DNA of 64,000 bases. Source: an uncultured bacterium. Its GTDB lineage: Bacteria; AUK180. This document shows, one piece after another, positions 44,830 through 54,814 of the stretch (positions are counted from its first letter, which is position 1; the number at the start of each line of letters is the position of its first letter). The stretch covers positions 10,991 through 74,990 of the forward strand of contig CALMGJ010000029.1 of the NCBI GenBank assembly GCA_937863565.1, written 5' to 3'. The position numbers were made by a program, and so were the translations under genes. Under the pieces are notes generated by a model. The model searched no databases and was not told where the DNA came from. It saw only the letters and a program-made list of their open reading frames with translations.

Positions 44830-46127
44830 TCCTTAATCGACTCAAGGTTTCTCTTGGCGATATTGTTGCCGGGTTCGATCTCCAGGGTTTTTTGCCACGC
44901 CTCCCTTGCAAGGGTTTTATTTCCTTCCTTCAGGTATATCGCACCCAATTTCAGATAGACGGCAGTATCCCGGGGATCGATCTCAAGGACCTTCTTATAA
45001 GTCTCCTGGGCATTTTTCATATCGCGCTGCCGGTAATGGTAACTGGCTTTCTCAAGAAGAAGGAGTGTATTTCGAGGTGACCGTTTAAGGCCTTCATCTA
45101 TATATTTAAGCGCATTATCGTCCTTTTTTATCCTGAACAGGATCCTTGAAAGGAGCAAATAATTGAAGGCTTCGGAAGGCTCTTCTTCAAGAAGCTTTTT
45201 TACGATATCAAGGGCTTCTTTAAGCTGCGCAAGGTAAATATGGCATACTGCTATATAATAGAATATTACTTTCCTGTCTGAGAAAAGGGCAAGCGTCTTC
45301 TTGAACTCCTCAAGGGCCTGAGTATAGAGGTGTTCCTTGAGGTAGTTGTATCCCTCCTTGAAATGTTCGCTGTCGCCTATAAGGGCTTCGACCTCCTGGG
45401 GGAATTCCTTCTTCAGTTCATCGTAATTTTCAGTTGTTTCCTGGAAGGCGATTGCGCCTTTCTTCTCGAGAGATTCGACTGTCTTCAGGGTGTTGAGAAG
45501 AGTATATTTGGCCTTTTTCAGAATATCGGCCATTTTTGAGCCTTCCTTGATCTCGGACAGAACTGTATATTCCGCATAATTGACAGGAATATGATCGTCC
45601 TTCTTTGTTACGGAACTGCGCAGATTATATCTTTTCAGGAACTCGTTCAATGCTTCGGAATACGAGATGGAATCCATAAGGAGGGCCTGGACATCGAGTT
45701 TGATCTTCATATGCTCGCTCATCTCCTTTTCTTCCAGCCGCTTGTAAATGAACTGTCCTTTCTCCACTCCCGATATCTCAAGGGCCAGCAGTTTCAACCT
45801 TTCTTTATGCATCTTCGCAAGATCTTCCTGTGTGATAACTTTCTTCTCGATATAGAATTTCAGAATATCTTCGTGCTTTTTATCCGAATTTATGATCTCC
45901 TTTATCTTCTCGAACGGTAGATTCCTGCCTATCAGAAGCAATTCGAGATCCGAATCATTGATGAAGTTCGTGCTTATGTCGGCAATATAGCCGTTCTGGA
46001 AATAGATGAAGTATTTCATCTGATCTAAATCTACTTCCAGAAGACCGCTTTTATTCGAGAAATAGAACAATTGATATATGGTCGGCAGATGTATAGTTGT
46101 AATGCTGCCTTGAAAAACCATTGTCAC
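44826..46127 (-). CDS. DUF4388-like N-terminal domain fused to C-terminal TPR repeats
   Basis: The N-terminus (GSITTIHLPTIYQLFYFSNKSGLLEVDLDQMKYFIYFQNGYIADIS) fits the DUF4388 pattern from memory. The C-terminal ~170 aa carry at least 4 TPR units. Confidence 0.5.
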   Translation of the reverse strand: MTMVFQGSITTIHLPTIYQLFYFSNKSGLLEVDLDQMKYFIYFQNGYIADISTNFINDSDLELLLIGRNLPFEKIKEIINSDKKHEDILKFYIEKKVITQEDLAKMHKERLKLLALEISGVEKGQFIYKRLEEKEMSEHMKIKLDVQALLMDSISYSEALNEFLKRYNLRSSVTKKDDHIPVNYAEYTVLSEIKEGSKMADILKKAKYTLLNTLKTVESLEKKGAIAFQETTENYDELKKEFPQEVEALIGDSEHFKEGYNYLKEHLYTQALEEFKKTLALFSDRKVIFYYIAVCHIYLAQLKEALDIVKKLLEEEPSEAFNYLLLSRILFRIKKDDNALKYIDEGLKRSPRNTLLLLEKASYHYRQRDMKNAQETYKKVLEIDPRDTAVYLKLGAIYLKEGNKTLAREAWQKTLEIEPGNNIAKRNLESIKE

Positions 46128-48040
46128 CTCCCCGTGGACCCTTCCAGACGTTTCACCCAGTCGCTGGCTTCCTTTATTCCCTTCTGGGCTTCTTTGATCT
46201 TGCCCTTATCGGTGCTGACTTTAATATACTCGTTCCACAATTCTATAGAATCCTTATACCATGATTTGTTGAAGAACACCTTTGCCAGATAGAACTTGGC
46301 ATCGAGGAAATCCTTGTTGAGTTCAAGCGTTTTCTTGTATTCCCATGCAGCCTCATCCCACCAGCCGAGATATGCGTAGACGCTGGCCAGATTGAAATGC
46401 GATACGGGATCATTGGCATCGAGTTGAATAGCCTTCGTGAACATCTTGATGGCGCTCTTGGGTTCCTTGTTCATCTGATAAAGCGCGCCGAGATTGACGA
46501 AGATCTCCTTTTCTTTATTTTCCTTTGAAAGAAGATCCTCGTAAATCTTGATGGCGTCCCGGATATTGCTTTCCTTCACAAATACATTGGCGAGTTTCAC
46601 TCGGTAGTTCTTATTAGAAGGATCTATGCTGATCGCTTCAAGAAGCAGTTTCTTGGCTTTTTCGTTATTGTTGAGTTGGCTGTACATCAATGCGAGCTCA
46701 AGATACAATTCCGGATTCTTCGGTTCGCTCTTCAATGCCTCCTGAAGGATATTCTGCGCCTCTGTCAGGTTTCCGCTGAGCCTGTATGCCTTGCCGAGTT
46801 TGATCTTGATGCCCTTCCTGTTAGGGTTCTTTTTGAGTATGTTAAGAAAAAGCTCTATCGTCCTTTTGTAATCGAACTCATCCATCAGGGCATCTGCGTA
46901 ATTCTCTATGCCCTCGAGGAACTGATTGTTAATCTTGAGCGCTTTTTCAAGAAGGCTCTTGCCCCTTTCCCTCTGGTTCTTCTTGAAAAGGATCAGACCT
47001 ATGAAGGAGATGGCATAGAAGTTCTCCGGTTCGATCTTGATGATATCTTCGAACATCTCAAGAGCTTTATCGAAACTCCCCTCCTCGAACTCTATTTTGG
47101 CCAGGTTCAGTTTGGCGTCTGCGTAATCCGGTTTGATCGCAGAGGCTTTCACAAGATATTCTTTCGCCCGGTCATCCTGCTTCAGGGCGTGATAGAGCAC
47201 GCCGAGATTATTAAGAATCGTTTCATTTTCCGGCTCCAGTTCCATTGCCTTCTCAAGATTCTCAATGGCAAGATTGAACTGTTTCTCCTTTATATATATT
47301 TTACCGAGGTTCAGATACGGTTCTGAAAAATCGGGGTCCAGGCTTATCGCCTCATGCAGTTTATCAACGGCTTCCTTGATCTTGTTGGTTGAAAGGAACA
47401 CATGCGCCATCGTATTGGCGACCTTCGCTTTTTCGGGATCCCTTTTCTGCTTGAGTACCTCTGCGTCCTCTTCATACATCTGCATGGCCTTCTCGTCGAT
47501 CGTGATCCTTTTAGTTTCGGCGAAGTTCGGATTTATTTGAATGGCGGTATTGTACTCTTCCTGTGCTTTATCGAAGAAACCTTTCTCTCCGTAAAGGAAA
47601 CTGAGATTATAGTGGGCAAGAGCGTTCTTGGGGTTCAGTTCTATGGCTTTTCTGAAGAGTTTCAGGGCATTGTCGTACATTCCCTGATGGTAGTATATCT
47701 CGCCAAGTGAATTAAAGGCGTCGTCCATGGAAGGGTTCTGTTTGACGACTTTCTTGAAATAGGATATCGCTTCCTCATAGGAGAAATTGTATTTCCCCCC
47801 TGATTCCTTGGCGAAGTCATAGCCGTCCTCCATTCCCTTTTTTATTACCTGGGCAAGGTTCTTCATTGCGAGCATATAATTAGGTTCAAGCTCCAATGCC
47901 TTCTGAAAAGAACCTATCGCGTCGATAAGAAGGCCCTTTCCGTAAAAGAATGCGCCGAGATTATTGAGGGAGGCCGGGGACGATTCATCTACCTTTTTTG
48001 CGATCTTTTTAAAAAATTCCTGTTTTTTGGAATCGTTCAT
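46124..48040 (-). CDS. TPR-repeat protein (more than 15 tandem TPR units), cytoplasmic
   Basis: A regular 34-aa A/Y/L-pattern periodicity runs throughout (..AISYFKKVVKQNPSMDDAFNSLGEIYYHQGMYDNALKLFRKAIELNPKN..). There is no signal peptide. Confidence 0.8.
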   Translation of the reverse strand: MNDSKKQEFFKKIAKKVDESSPASLNNLGAFFYGKGLLIDAIGSFQKALELEPNYMLAMKNLAQVIKKGMEDGYDFAKESGGKYNFSYEEAISYFKKVVKQNPSMDDAFNSLGEIYYHQGMYDNALKLFRKAIELNPKNALAHYNLSFLYGEKGFFDKAQEEYNTAIQINPNFAETKRITIDEKAMQMYEEDAEVLKQKRDPEKAKVANTMAHVFLSTNKIKEAVDKLHEAISLDPDFSEPYLNLGKIYIKEKQFNLAIENLEKAMELEPENETILNNLGVLYHALKQDDRAKEYLVKASAIKPDYADAKLNLAKIEFEEGSFDKALEMFEDIIKIEPENFYAISFIGLILFKKNQRERGKSLLEKALKINNQFLEGIENYADALMDEFDYKRTIELFLNILKKNPNRKGIKIKLGKAYRLSGNLTEAQNILQEALKSEPKNPELYLELALMYSQLNNNEKAKKLLLEAISIDPSNKNYRVKLANVFVKESNIRDAIKIYEDLLSKENKEKEIFVNLGALYQMNKEPKSAIKMFTKAIQLDANDPVSHFNLASVYAYLGWWDEAAWEYKKTLELNKDFLDAKFYLAKVFFNKSWYKDSIELWNEYIKVSTDKGKIKEAQKGIKEASDWVKRLEGSTGR

Positions 48041-48450
48041 CAGAAATCCAGTATCTTCTCCACGCTCAATATCATGATGGGGAAATCATTGATCTTGGAA
48101 AGTCCCAGTACAAAATCCTCCTCTATCTTGAATATGTTCTTGTTCTCGCTCTCTATATCCGGATCGTTGAAATTCACAACTTCCATCACCTCGTCGATGA
48201 AGAGGCCAAAGCGTTCCCCCCTTTGGGCGATGATGATGATATCATTATGCGGAGCCGGATTCTCCTTTATATTGAGGCGTTTTTTCAGGTCCAGAACGGT
48301 TATGATCTCCCCGCGCAGGTTCATCATCCCTTTTATAATCGGGCTTACGCCCGGGATGGTTCTGATCTTATATTCCTTCACGACTTCGATCACTTTCATT
48401 ATATCAAAACCGAAAAGTTGCCCGTTGAGTTTAAAGGATACGCATTTCAT
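48040..48450 (-). CDS. cheW: Chemotaxis coupling protein CheW
   Basis: A CheW domain is present in a 136-aa protein (...FGFDIMKVIEVV...IPGVSPIIKGMMNLRGEIITVLDL...). Confidence 0.85.
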   Translation of the reverse strand: MKCVSFKLNGQLFGFDIMKVIEVVKEYKIRTIPGVSPIIKGMMNLRGEIITVLDLKKRLNIKENPAPHNDIIIIAQRGERFGLFIDEVMEVVNFNDPDIESENKNIFKIEEDFVLGLSKINDFPIMILSVEKILDF

Positions 48451-48453
48451 TTC

Positions 48454-49053
48454 CTATACCAATCCCAGTTTATTGAAGATCATATTCATTCCGTTCTCGA
48501 ACGGGACGAGCATGAAGAACGGATTGAATTCCATTTTTGCGTCAACCAGATTTGTCTTTATTATAAGGATCTCCTCGGAGCTCTGCGGGTCTTTCTCGAT
48601 GGAGTTCCTAATGATCTCATCCGTTTTCCCCGAATACAAAGACGGAACGGATGGTATCATGAGCAAATTCAGCATATCACCCATTGAACCCAGATAATTG
48701 GCCGTTAAGATATTGCCTACTTCCTGAAGGGTGGAGATCACAGTATCGTTGAGCTCAGCCGTGGGACTATCGGCCCTTCCCATTATCCTGTCAACCAGGC
48801 GGAAGCCCTCCTGCATCTCAATGAAGAACAGGTTCTTTCCCGTGATCTCTCCAAGTATCATGAACTCGACGGCAATGAAATCGGCTTTGGAGGGAAAGGA
48901 ACTTATTATCTGTTCTTTCTTGACCACGCAGGATACGGGCACTTGAATGTGTATTTCACGTTTTATCAATTGCGAAAGAGCAGTGGCGGCGTGACCGGCA
49001 CCGATATTCCCGAGTTCCTTCAAGGCATCCAGCTGAATATTGTTAAGTTTCAT
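48454..49053 (-). CDS. cheC: CheY-P phosphatase CheC
   Basis: DALKELGNIGAGHAATALSQL is the CheC/FliY signature. Confidence 0.8.
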   Translation of the reverse strand: MKLNNIQLDALKELGNIGAGHAATALSQLIKREIHIQVPVSCVVKKEQIISSFPSKADFIAVEFMILGEITGKNLFFIEMQEGFRLVDRIMGRADSPTAELNDTVISTLQEVGNILTANYLGSMGDMLNLLMIPSVPSLYSGKTDEIIRNSIEKDPQSSEEILIIKTNLVDAKMEFNPFFMLVPFENGMNMIFNKLGLV

Positions 49054-49057
49054 CCTT

Positions 49058-51025
49058 TTACTCCAGTATCGAGGCGATGTCGATTATAAGAGCGGGGTCT
49101 CCGTTGGAGAGCAGCCCTTTGCCTGAATATATCTTGTTCTTCTTTAATATGGAATCAAGGCTTTTAATGACCGTTTGCTGCTTGGAATGGAGTTCGTCGA
49201 AGACCAGACCCGCTTTCTTCTCTCCAAGTTCTACGAAAACGACCGGAAAAACAGGAGCGGTTCTCCTGGGCAGGCCCAAGACCTCGTTCATTCGTATGAG
49301 CGGAACGACTTCCTCGTCCCGGAGGAAGATCACCTCCCTGTTCTTCACGATCTTGATCTTTTCCTCGGTCATCTCCATTGTTTCCTGGATATTCGCGATC
49401 GGAATGAGGAATTTATTATCCCCTATCGAAACGATGAGGGTCTGGATGATGGCCAGCGTCATGGGAAGGATCATCGAGAAAACAGAACCCCGGCCGTCGT
49501 CCGATTCTATGTTCAGAACACCATTGAGAGAATCTATCTTGGTCTTCACCACGTCCATGCCTACACCGCGGCCCGAGACATCGGTAACGTTCTCTGAAGT
49601 GGAGAATCCGGGTTTGCAGATGAGCATAAGAATGTCAGAGCGGCCCAATGTTCCGAGTTTCTCCTTGGTAACAATATCCATCTTAAGGGCCTTGGATTTG
49701 ATCTTCTCTATGTTGAGCCCCTTGCCGTCATCCTTGACCTCTATGATAACGCGGTTCTTTTCTCTTTTTGCGTTCAGCTCTATGGTACCTGTTTCCGGTT
49801 TACCCGCTTTCTTCCTCTCTTCGGGACTCTCAACGCCGTGATCCACGGAGTTCCTGAGAAGATGTATGAGCGGCTGATCGATCTCATCCAGGATCACGCG
49901 GTCAAGTTCGATCTCCGAACCGGAGATCATGAAATTGATCTTTTTATTGAGTTTCCTGGACAGGTCGCGGACTATCCTGGGATATTTATTGAATATCTGC
50001 CCTACCGGCACCATTCTCGCAAGGAGGATACGGTCCTGAAGCGATGAGGTGATCCTCTGGAAATTCACGATCTCGTCCTTAAGAGGTTTGATCTCGTATT
50101 CCATGCCGATGCCTTCAAGGCGTATCGTGTTGATGATAAGTTCTCCTATCAGATTAACCAGAATGTCCAGATGGGAGATCTTGACCTTGATGGTGGGTTC
50201 GATCACGGTCTCTGTCGCAGCGGCTTTACCTTGGGGCTCCGCAATATCCGGAACAGGGACCGGAGTATCGTATTTTACTTCATATTTGAACGGATGCATC
50301 GTGACCTTGTCGATCTCCCTTAAAGAAGAGATGACCTGCAGAATGCTGTTGGGATCTTCTTTGGCGATGATGAATACGAAGAATTCCCTGAGCGTATCAT
50401 CCTCCTCTAATCTGGAATGTTCGGGAAGAGTCGTGACTATCTCTCCGGCCTCCCTGAATTTCTGAAGAACCTGAAAAGCTCTGACGGAAGGCATCGGGGC
50501 TGCTTCGGAGATTCTTATATGGAACACATGGGGTTGACGGCCGTCTTTCAAAGCCTGGCCTAAACGCGCTTCATCCGCTTCCCCTAGAACGAGTTTGGGA
50601 CCGGCCGCTTTCTTTGAGGGTTCCGTAGAGCCGCCGCCTTTGGAAAGAGAGATGAGGAATTCCCTTATATGGTCTGCCGTTGCGGTTTTTTTCGATGTCT
50701 CTTTCCCTTTTGAAGCGACCTCGTCTATCCTGCTTTTCAGTTCGTCGATCCATTTGTAAACACGGTCATAGCCCTCTAGGTCCAGCATTGCTTCGCCTTT
50801 TTTGATCTTATTGAATACATCTTCCAGAGCATGAGAGAGTTCGGAGATATTCGTGAAATTCATAGCAGCTGCCATACCTTTAAGCGTATGCATGTTCCTG
50901 AATATCATTTCAACGCTTTCATTGATATCTTTTCCGTTCTCTATATTCAGAAGGCAATTATTGATGCCTTCAAGATATTCATAGGCCTCGTTTAAGAACA
51001 TCTCAAGATATTTTTTGTCTTCCAT
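49058..51025 (-). CDS. cheA: Chemotaxis histidine kinase CheA
   Basis: The Hpt domain carries HTLKG. The dimerisation and HATPase_c domains are present (HLLRNSVDHG...GRGVGMDVV), as is the C-terminal CheW-like domain. Confidence 0.9.
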   Translation of the reverse strand: MEDKKYLEMFLNEAYEYLEGINNCLLNIENGKDINESVEMIFRNMHTLKGMAAAMNFTNISELSHALEDVFNKIKKGEAMLDLEGYDRVYKWIDELKSRIDEVASKGKETSKKTATADHIREFLISLSKGGGSTEPSKKAAGPKLVLGEADEARLGQALKDGRQPHVFHIRISEAAPMPSVRAFQVLQKFREAGEIVTTLPEHSRLEEDDTLREFFVFIIAKEDPNSILQVISSLREIDKVTMHPFKYEVKYDTPVPVPDIAEPQGKAAATETVIEPTIKVKISHLDILVNLIGELIINTIRLEGIGMEYEIKPLKDEIVNFQRITSSLQDRILLARMVPVGQIFNKYPRIVRDLSRKLNKKINFMISGSEIELDRVILDEIDQPLIHLLRNSVDHGVESPEERKKAGKPETGTIELNAKREKNRVIIEVKDDGKGLNIEKIKSKALKMDIVTKEKLGTLGRSDILMLICKPGFSTSENVTDVSGRGVGMDVVKTKIDSLNGVLNIESDDGRGSVFSMILPMTLAIIQTLIVSIGDNKFLIPIANIQETMEMTEEKIKIVKNREVIFLRDEEVVPLIRMNEVLGLPRRTAPVFPVVFVELGEKKAGLVFDELHSKQQTVIKSLDSILKKNKIYSGKGLLSNGDPALIIDIASILE

Positions 51026-51027
51026 AA

Positions 51028-52059
51028 TTATCTTCTGAAGAAATCCTCGATGACGCCGGGCATCTCCTCAAGCGGAAGTTGCCAATCATAATGCCCCGCA
51101 TTGAAAATGGAACCCGGCATACCCCAAATAAAAGCGGATTCCTTGCTTTGAATGATGATCTTGCCGCCGGCACGTCTTATAAAGGCAGCTCCCTGAGTTC
51201 CGTCCCTTCCCATGCCTGTCAGAACGAGCCCTAGCGTATTTTCCTTGAATACCTGGGCAACGCTGTCGAAAAGGTAATCGGCGGCAGGACGCACTCCCCA
51301 CAGAGGCGGATCCTTGGAAAGCGAGGCATATGGCTGACCGCCTTTGCTTTTTACTTTGAAATGGAGGTCCCCTTTCCCGATATACACCGTGGAGGGACTT
51401 AATCTTTCATCCTGCTCCACTTCCTTAACTGGCAGATCGGAGAGTTTATCCATTCTGAGCGCAAAGCTTTTGGTGAAAGTCTGAGGCATATGCTGAACGA
51501 TGAATACGAACCCCCCGAGTTTTGCCGGTAAGGCCGGAATGAGCTTTTCAAGGGCTTTCGGGCCTCCTGTTGAAGAGGCTATCGCAATACACTTCCCGCT
51601 GACGCTTTCTATGTTCTCGATCTTCCTTATCTTGTTCTCGTTAACTTTCTTTATCGTATCGACTGAGATCTTTGATATCTCCTTCAGTTTCTCAACTATC
51701 TCGAATTTTATAAGCCTGATATTCGGGGAGATCACACCCGAAGGTTTCTGCAGGAAATCAACAGCCCCGTTCTTAAGTGCCTGAAGCGTCGGTGTTGCAT
51801 CATCAGAAGCAAATGCGCTTAAGATGACTATTTTGGAAGGATTCTTCTCCATGATAAGATGGGTTGCTTCAATGCCGTCCAAAATAGGCATCTCTATGTC
51901 CATGGTCACGATGTCCGGCCTGAGAAGGTCATTTAGCTCGACCGCCTCCTTGCCGTTTTTAGCAGTTCCGACAACAGAAAAATCGGGATCCGATTCAATG
52001 ATCTCCTTAATAATGTTCCTCATTAAGGCGGAATCGTCGACCACAAGTACTTTTATCAT
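51028..52059 (-). CDS. cheB: Chemotaxis response regulator protein-glutamate methylesterase CheB
   Basis: An N-terminal REC domain (VLVVDDSALMR...MDIEMP) precedes the methylesterase domain (ASSTGGPKAL...). Confidence 0.9.
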   Translation of the reverse strand: MIKVLVVDDSALMRNIIKEIIESDPDFSVVGTAKNGKEAVELNDLLRPDIVTMDIEMPILDGIEATHLIMEKNPSKIVILSAFASDDATPTLQALKNGAVDFLQKPSGVISPNIRLIKFEIVEKLKEISKISVDTIKKVNENKIRKIENIESVSGKCIAIASSTGGPKALEKLIPALPAKLGGFVFIVQHMPQTFTKSFALRMDKLSDLPVKEVEQDERLSPSTVYIGKGDLHFKVKSKGGQPYASLSKDPPLWGVRPAADYLFDSVAQVFKENTLGLVLTGMGRDGTQGAAFIRRAGGKIIIQSKESAFIWGMPGSIFNAGHYDWQLPLEEMPGVIEDFFRR

Positions 52060-52547
52060 AGGATCACAATGGGCTTATTTATGCTTATCACCTTGACTTT
52101 TCCGGAGGATACTTCGAATTCGATCGTCCTTCCGTAGTCCTCGCCGACCATCTCCCCGAGAAGAGGTATGCGCTGCTTTTTAAGTTCATCCTTCACTGCG
52201 GCAATATTCCTTTTTCCAATATCCATCCCCTCCTTTTCGGTCTCAAAAGAGAACATCTTGGCGCCGCCGAAGATCTTTGCCTGGAAATTGATGATATCGC
52301 CGCCGGCCATGATAAGTTGAGAGATCATCTCGCGGATGGCCGTATCCGCGTATTTCCCCTTCTTAATATCCTTGCTTTTTGATACTTCAGCAGTAGGGAG
52401 CATGACATGAGCGAGGCCGCCGAGTTTCTTCTCGGGATCGTAGATCGTAACGCCTACACACGATCCCAAACCGTAAGTGACAAGGGTCATGTTCTCGGGA
52501 CCGATGGCGAATTCGCCCATCCCTACCTTGACCTTGTTCTTATCCAA
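52056..52547 (-). CDS. cheD: Chemoreceptor glutamine deamidase CheD
   Basis: GLGSCVGVTIYDP is the CheD catalytic Cys motif, and the size is 163 aa. Confidence 0.85.
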   Translation of the reverse strand: MDKNKVKVGMGEFAIGPENMTLVTYGLGSCVGVTIYDPEKKLGGLAHVMLPTAEVSKSKDIKKGKYADTAIREMISQLIMAGGDIINFQAKIFGGAKMFSFETEKEGMDIGKRNIAAVKDELKKQRIPLLGEMVGEDYGRTIEFEVSSGKVKVISINKPIVIL

Positions 52548-52548
52548 A

Positions 52549-53175
52549 TCAGCTTTCTCCCTTAATATGAGCGAAGATGTTCTTCAGCGAGATCTCGTCC
52601 GGTATGAAGATAATGTCGAAAAGGATCTCATTGCCATGGCTGAGAAATTTATTCTTCAGAAGAAGCAGTTCGTTAGAACCCTCTGCGGATTCTATGCAGA
52701 ATTCATCTATTATGCTCTCAAGGATATCGTGCTTGATCTGCGGCGGAGATTGGAGCAGGGAAGCGTTTATCATCATGCTCATAGCGTTAACATAAGATGA
52801 AATGATTATATTCCCTATCTCCATCAGCATGGATTTAAATATCTCCTGTTCCGGGGAATCGAAATCTATTTTATCGACCTTAGATGAGATCAGCGTCTTG
52901 GCGATCTTCATGGACTCCTCTTCGGAGAAGATGATGAGGAATTTCGCAGGAAAAGCACCCGAAAGATATGAGAATATGACTACTTTGGAGGATTCAGGCT
53001 CGCCCAGATTCTCCGGCATCTCCTCAGGCAGGATTACATCAAGAGATGGAACAAGTATGCTTATCGTCGTCTTTAGGATCGCCGAGAGCGATGTAGCCGC
53101 ATTACCTGTCCCTATCGTACAGAGTTCCTTCAGAAGGTCCTTGTCAAAAGGGGTCAGGTCCTTGTAAAAACCCAT
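52549..53175 (-). CDS. Second CheC-like (CheC/CheX family) phosphatase
   Basis: LKELCTIGTGNAATSLSAIL is a CheC-type motif, and the size is 208 aa. Confidence 0.7.
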   Translation of the reverse strand: MGFYKDLTPFDKDLLKELCTIGTGNAATSLSAILKTTISILVPSLDVILPEEMPENLGEPESSKVVIFSYLSGAFPAKFLIIFSEEESMKIAKTLISSKVDKIDFDSPEQEIFKSMLMEIGNIIISSYVNAMSMMINASLLQSPPQIKHDILESIIDEFCIESAEGSNELLLLKNKFLSHGNEILFDIIFIPDEISLKNIFAHIKGES

Positions 53176-53177
53176 TC

Positions 53178-53555
53178 CTAACCCTCAAGTATCCTTGAGA
53201 TCGCCTCTATGACGGCCGATGGTTGGAAAGGTTTAACGACGAAATCTTTTGCACCGGCCTGTATCGCCTCTATGACCAGAGCCTTCTGGCCCATCGCAGA
53301 ACACATCAATATCTTGGCATTCGGATCCGTTTTCACAATGGCTTTAACGGCTTCGATGCCCCCCATTTCCGGCATCACTATATCCATCGTGATCAGGTCC
53401 GGTTTAAGCCTCTGGAACTTTTCCACAGCCTCTTTTCCCGTTCCGGCTTCACCAACGACTTCGAAGCCGTTCTTTTCAAGAATGTCCCTGATCATCGTGC
53501 GCATGAATATAGCATCATCCGCAATCAGCACCTTAATCTTCTTGTCATTATCCAT
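53178..53555 (-). CDS. cheY: Single-domain response regulator CheY
   Basis: The REC domain has the DD pair, the phospho-Asp (ITMDIVMP), T/S and K (VVKPF). Confidence 0.9.
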   Translation of the reverse strand: MDNDKKIKVLIADDAIFMRTMIRDILEKNGFEVVGEAGTGKEAVEKFQRLKPDLITMDIVMPEMGGIEAVKAIVKTDPNAKILMCSAMGQKALVIEAIQAGAKDFVVKPFQPSAVIEAISRILEG

Positions 53556-53568
53556 ACCGTAACCTCCC

Positions 53569-54312
53569 TTATTCCGTTATGTTTACAAAAGACAACTTCT
53601 CCTCTTCCGAGAAAAGGTTGTCCAGATTAATTATCGAGATAATACGCTCATCGCCGTTTTTAACGAATTTTATTATCTTGTACAGGTAATCGTTAAGCCC
53701 GGTTATCATTATCGGAGGATCGAACAATTTTAGCTTGCTCAGATAGACGACCTCCATGATCTTTTTCGTTAAAATGCAGACCTTGCGCCCTTCAAGCATT
53801 GTGATCAACCCGAAATGCTTGGCGATCTCATCCGCAAGGCCGAGTTTCCTTTCGATATTTATTACGGGAAGCATCTCCCCTCTGAGATTGTATATTCCTT
53901 CAACATAATCCTCGGCATTCGATATGGGATTAATCTTTTCCACGATCACGATCTCAATGATATTCAGGATATTAATGGCGAACTCCTTGTCCGCTATTAA
54001 GAACGATATCACTTCCTCTATACCGGTCTTACGCTCCTCCTGAGGCATCTCCCGCGAAACCGTCTCAGAAGACTCTTCCTTTATTGTTATTTGCGAGGCC
54101 GTTTCCTTCGCCGTATTTTGCGAAGCCGCTTCCTTCGCCGTATTTTGCGAAGCCGCTTCCTTCGTGTCTATCTGGTAAGCAATTTCTTTCTTCTCTTCTT
54201 TTGGCTCTTCTTTAAGAGTTAAGGGAACGGCGCCCGTTTCGGGGGCGGGTACTTTGATCTGTTTTTTCCCGTCCTTTTTTATCTTGAAGAAATTGTACTT
54301 CTTCTTATTCAT
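53569..54312 (-). CDS. CheW-like protein with a low-complexity N-terminal region containing 9-aa tandem repeats
   Basis: A C-terminal CheW domain is present (FLIADKEFAINILNIIEIV...GIYNLRGEMLPVINI...). The N-terminal ~90 aa are K/E-rich and contain KEAASQNTA repeated three times. Confidence 0.75.
   Translation of the reverse strand: MNKKKYNFFKIKKDGKKQIKVPAPETGAVPLTLKEEPKEEKKEIAYQIDTKEAASQNTAKEAASQNTAKETASQITIKEESSETVSREMPQEERKTGIEEVISFLIADKEFAINILNIIEIVIVEKINPISNAEDYVEGIYNLRGEMLPVINIERKLGLADEIAKHFGLITMLEGRKVCILTKKIMEVVYLSKLKLFDPPIMITGLNDYLYKIIKFVKNGDERIISIINLDNLFSEEEKLSFVNITE
54091..54171. repeat. In-frame 27-bp tandem repeat (3 copies) inside the CheW-like gene
   Basis: The plus-strand units are ttgcgaggccgtttccttcgccgtatt, ttgcgaagccgcttccttcgccgtatt and ttgcgaagccgcttccttcgtgtctat. 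They encode the QNTAKEAAS repeats on the minus strand. Confidence 0.85.
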
Positions 54313-54757
54313 TGGCTTCCAGCTTGATCAGCTTGTCGTTCATCGTTTTCAGCCTTTCGCTCAATTTTTTAGTGATATTAAGGAGTATCTTTAAAGCGAT
54401 CCCGGGTTCCTTTGTGATTATATCATTGAAGACCTTCCTTGTGATCAGAAGAAGGTTGGAATCTATGCTGATCTTAGCCGTAGCGGAACGGTAGTCATCG
54501 TCTATAAGAGATAATTCCCCCATATAGTCGCCCTTTGAGATGGATATAAGGAAAGTATCCTCGCCTGCCTTGTTTTTTTTGTAAAGATCTATCTTCCCGT
54601 CAAGGATAACATAGAGAATACCTCCCTGCATACCCTCGAAAAATAGTGTAAACCCTTTTTTATATTCTTTCGTAAAGGCAAGCTGGAGAACTTTTTCCAG
54701 GTCTCCCTGGGAAAGATTTTTAAAAAGTGGGACTTGCATTAATGTTTTATAATCCAT
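54305..54757 (-). CDS. Cyclic-nucleotide-binding domain protein (CAP-family cNMP-binding domain only, no HTH)
   Basis: The 150-aa protein has the cNMP-binding fold pattern FFEGMQGGILYVILDGKIDLY...GDYMGELSLID.... Confidence 0.75.
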   Translation of the reverse strand: MDYKTLMQVPLFKNLSQGDLEKVLQLAFTKEYKKGFTLFFEGMQGGILYVILDGKIDLYKKNKAGEDTFLISISKGDYMGELSLIDDDYRSATAKISIDSNLLLITRKVFNDIITKEPGIALKILLNITKKLSERLKTMNDKLIKLEANE

Positions 54758-54814
54758 TTGTTAATCCATCTATTTATTTTACTAAATTTTATAGGTTTTT
54801 TCAAGCGAAACCCG

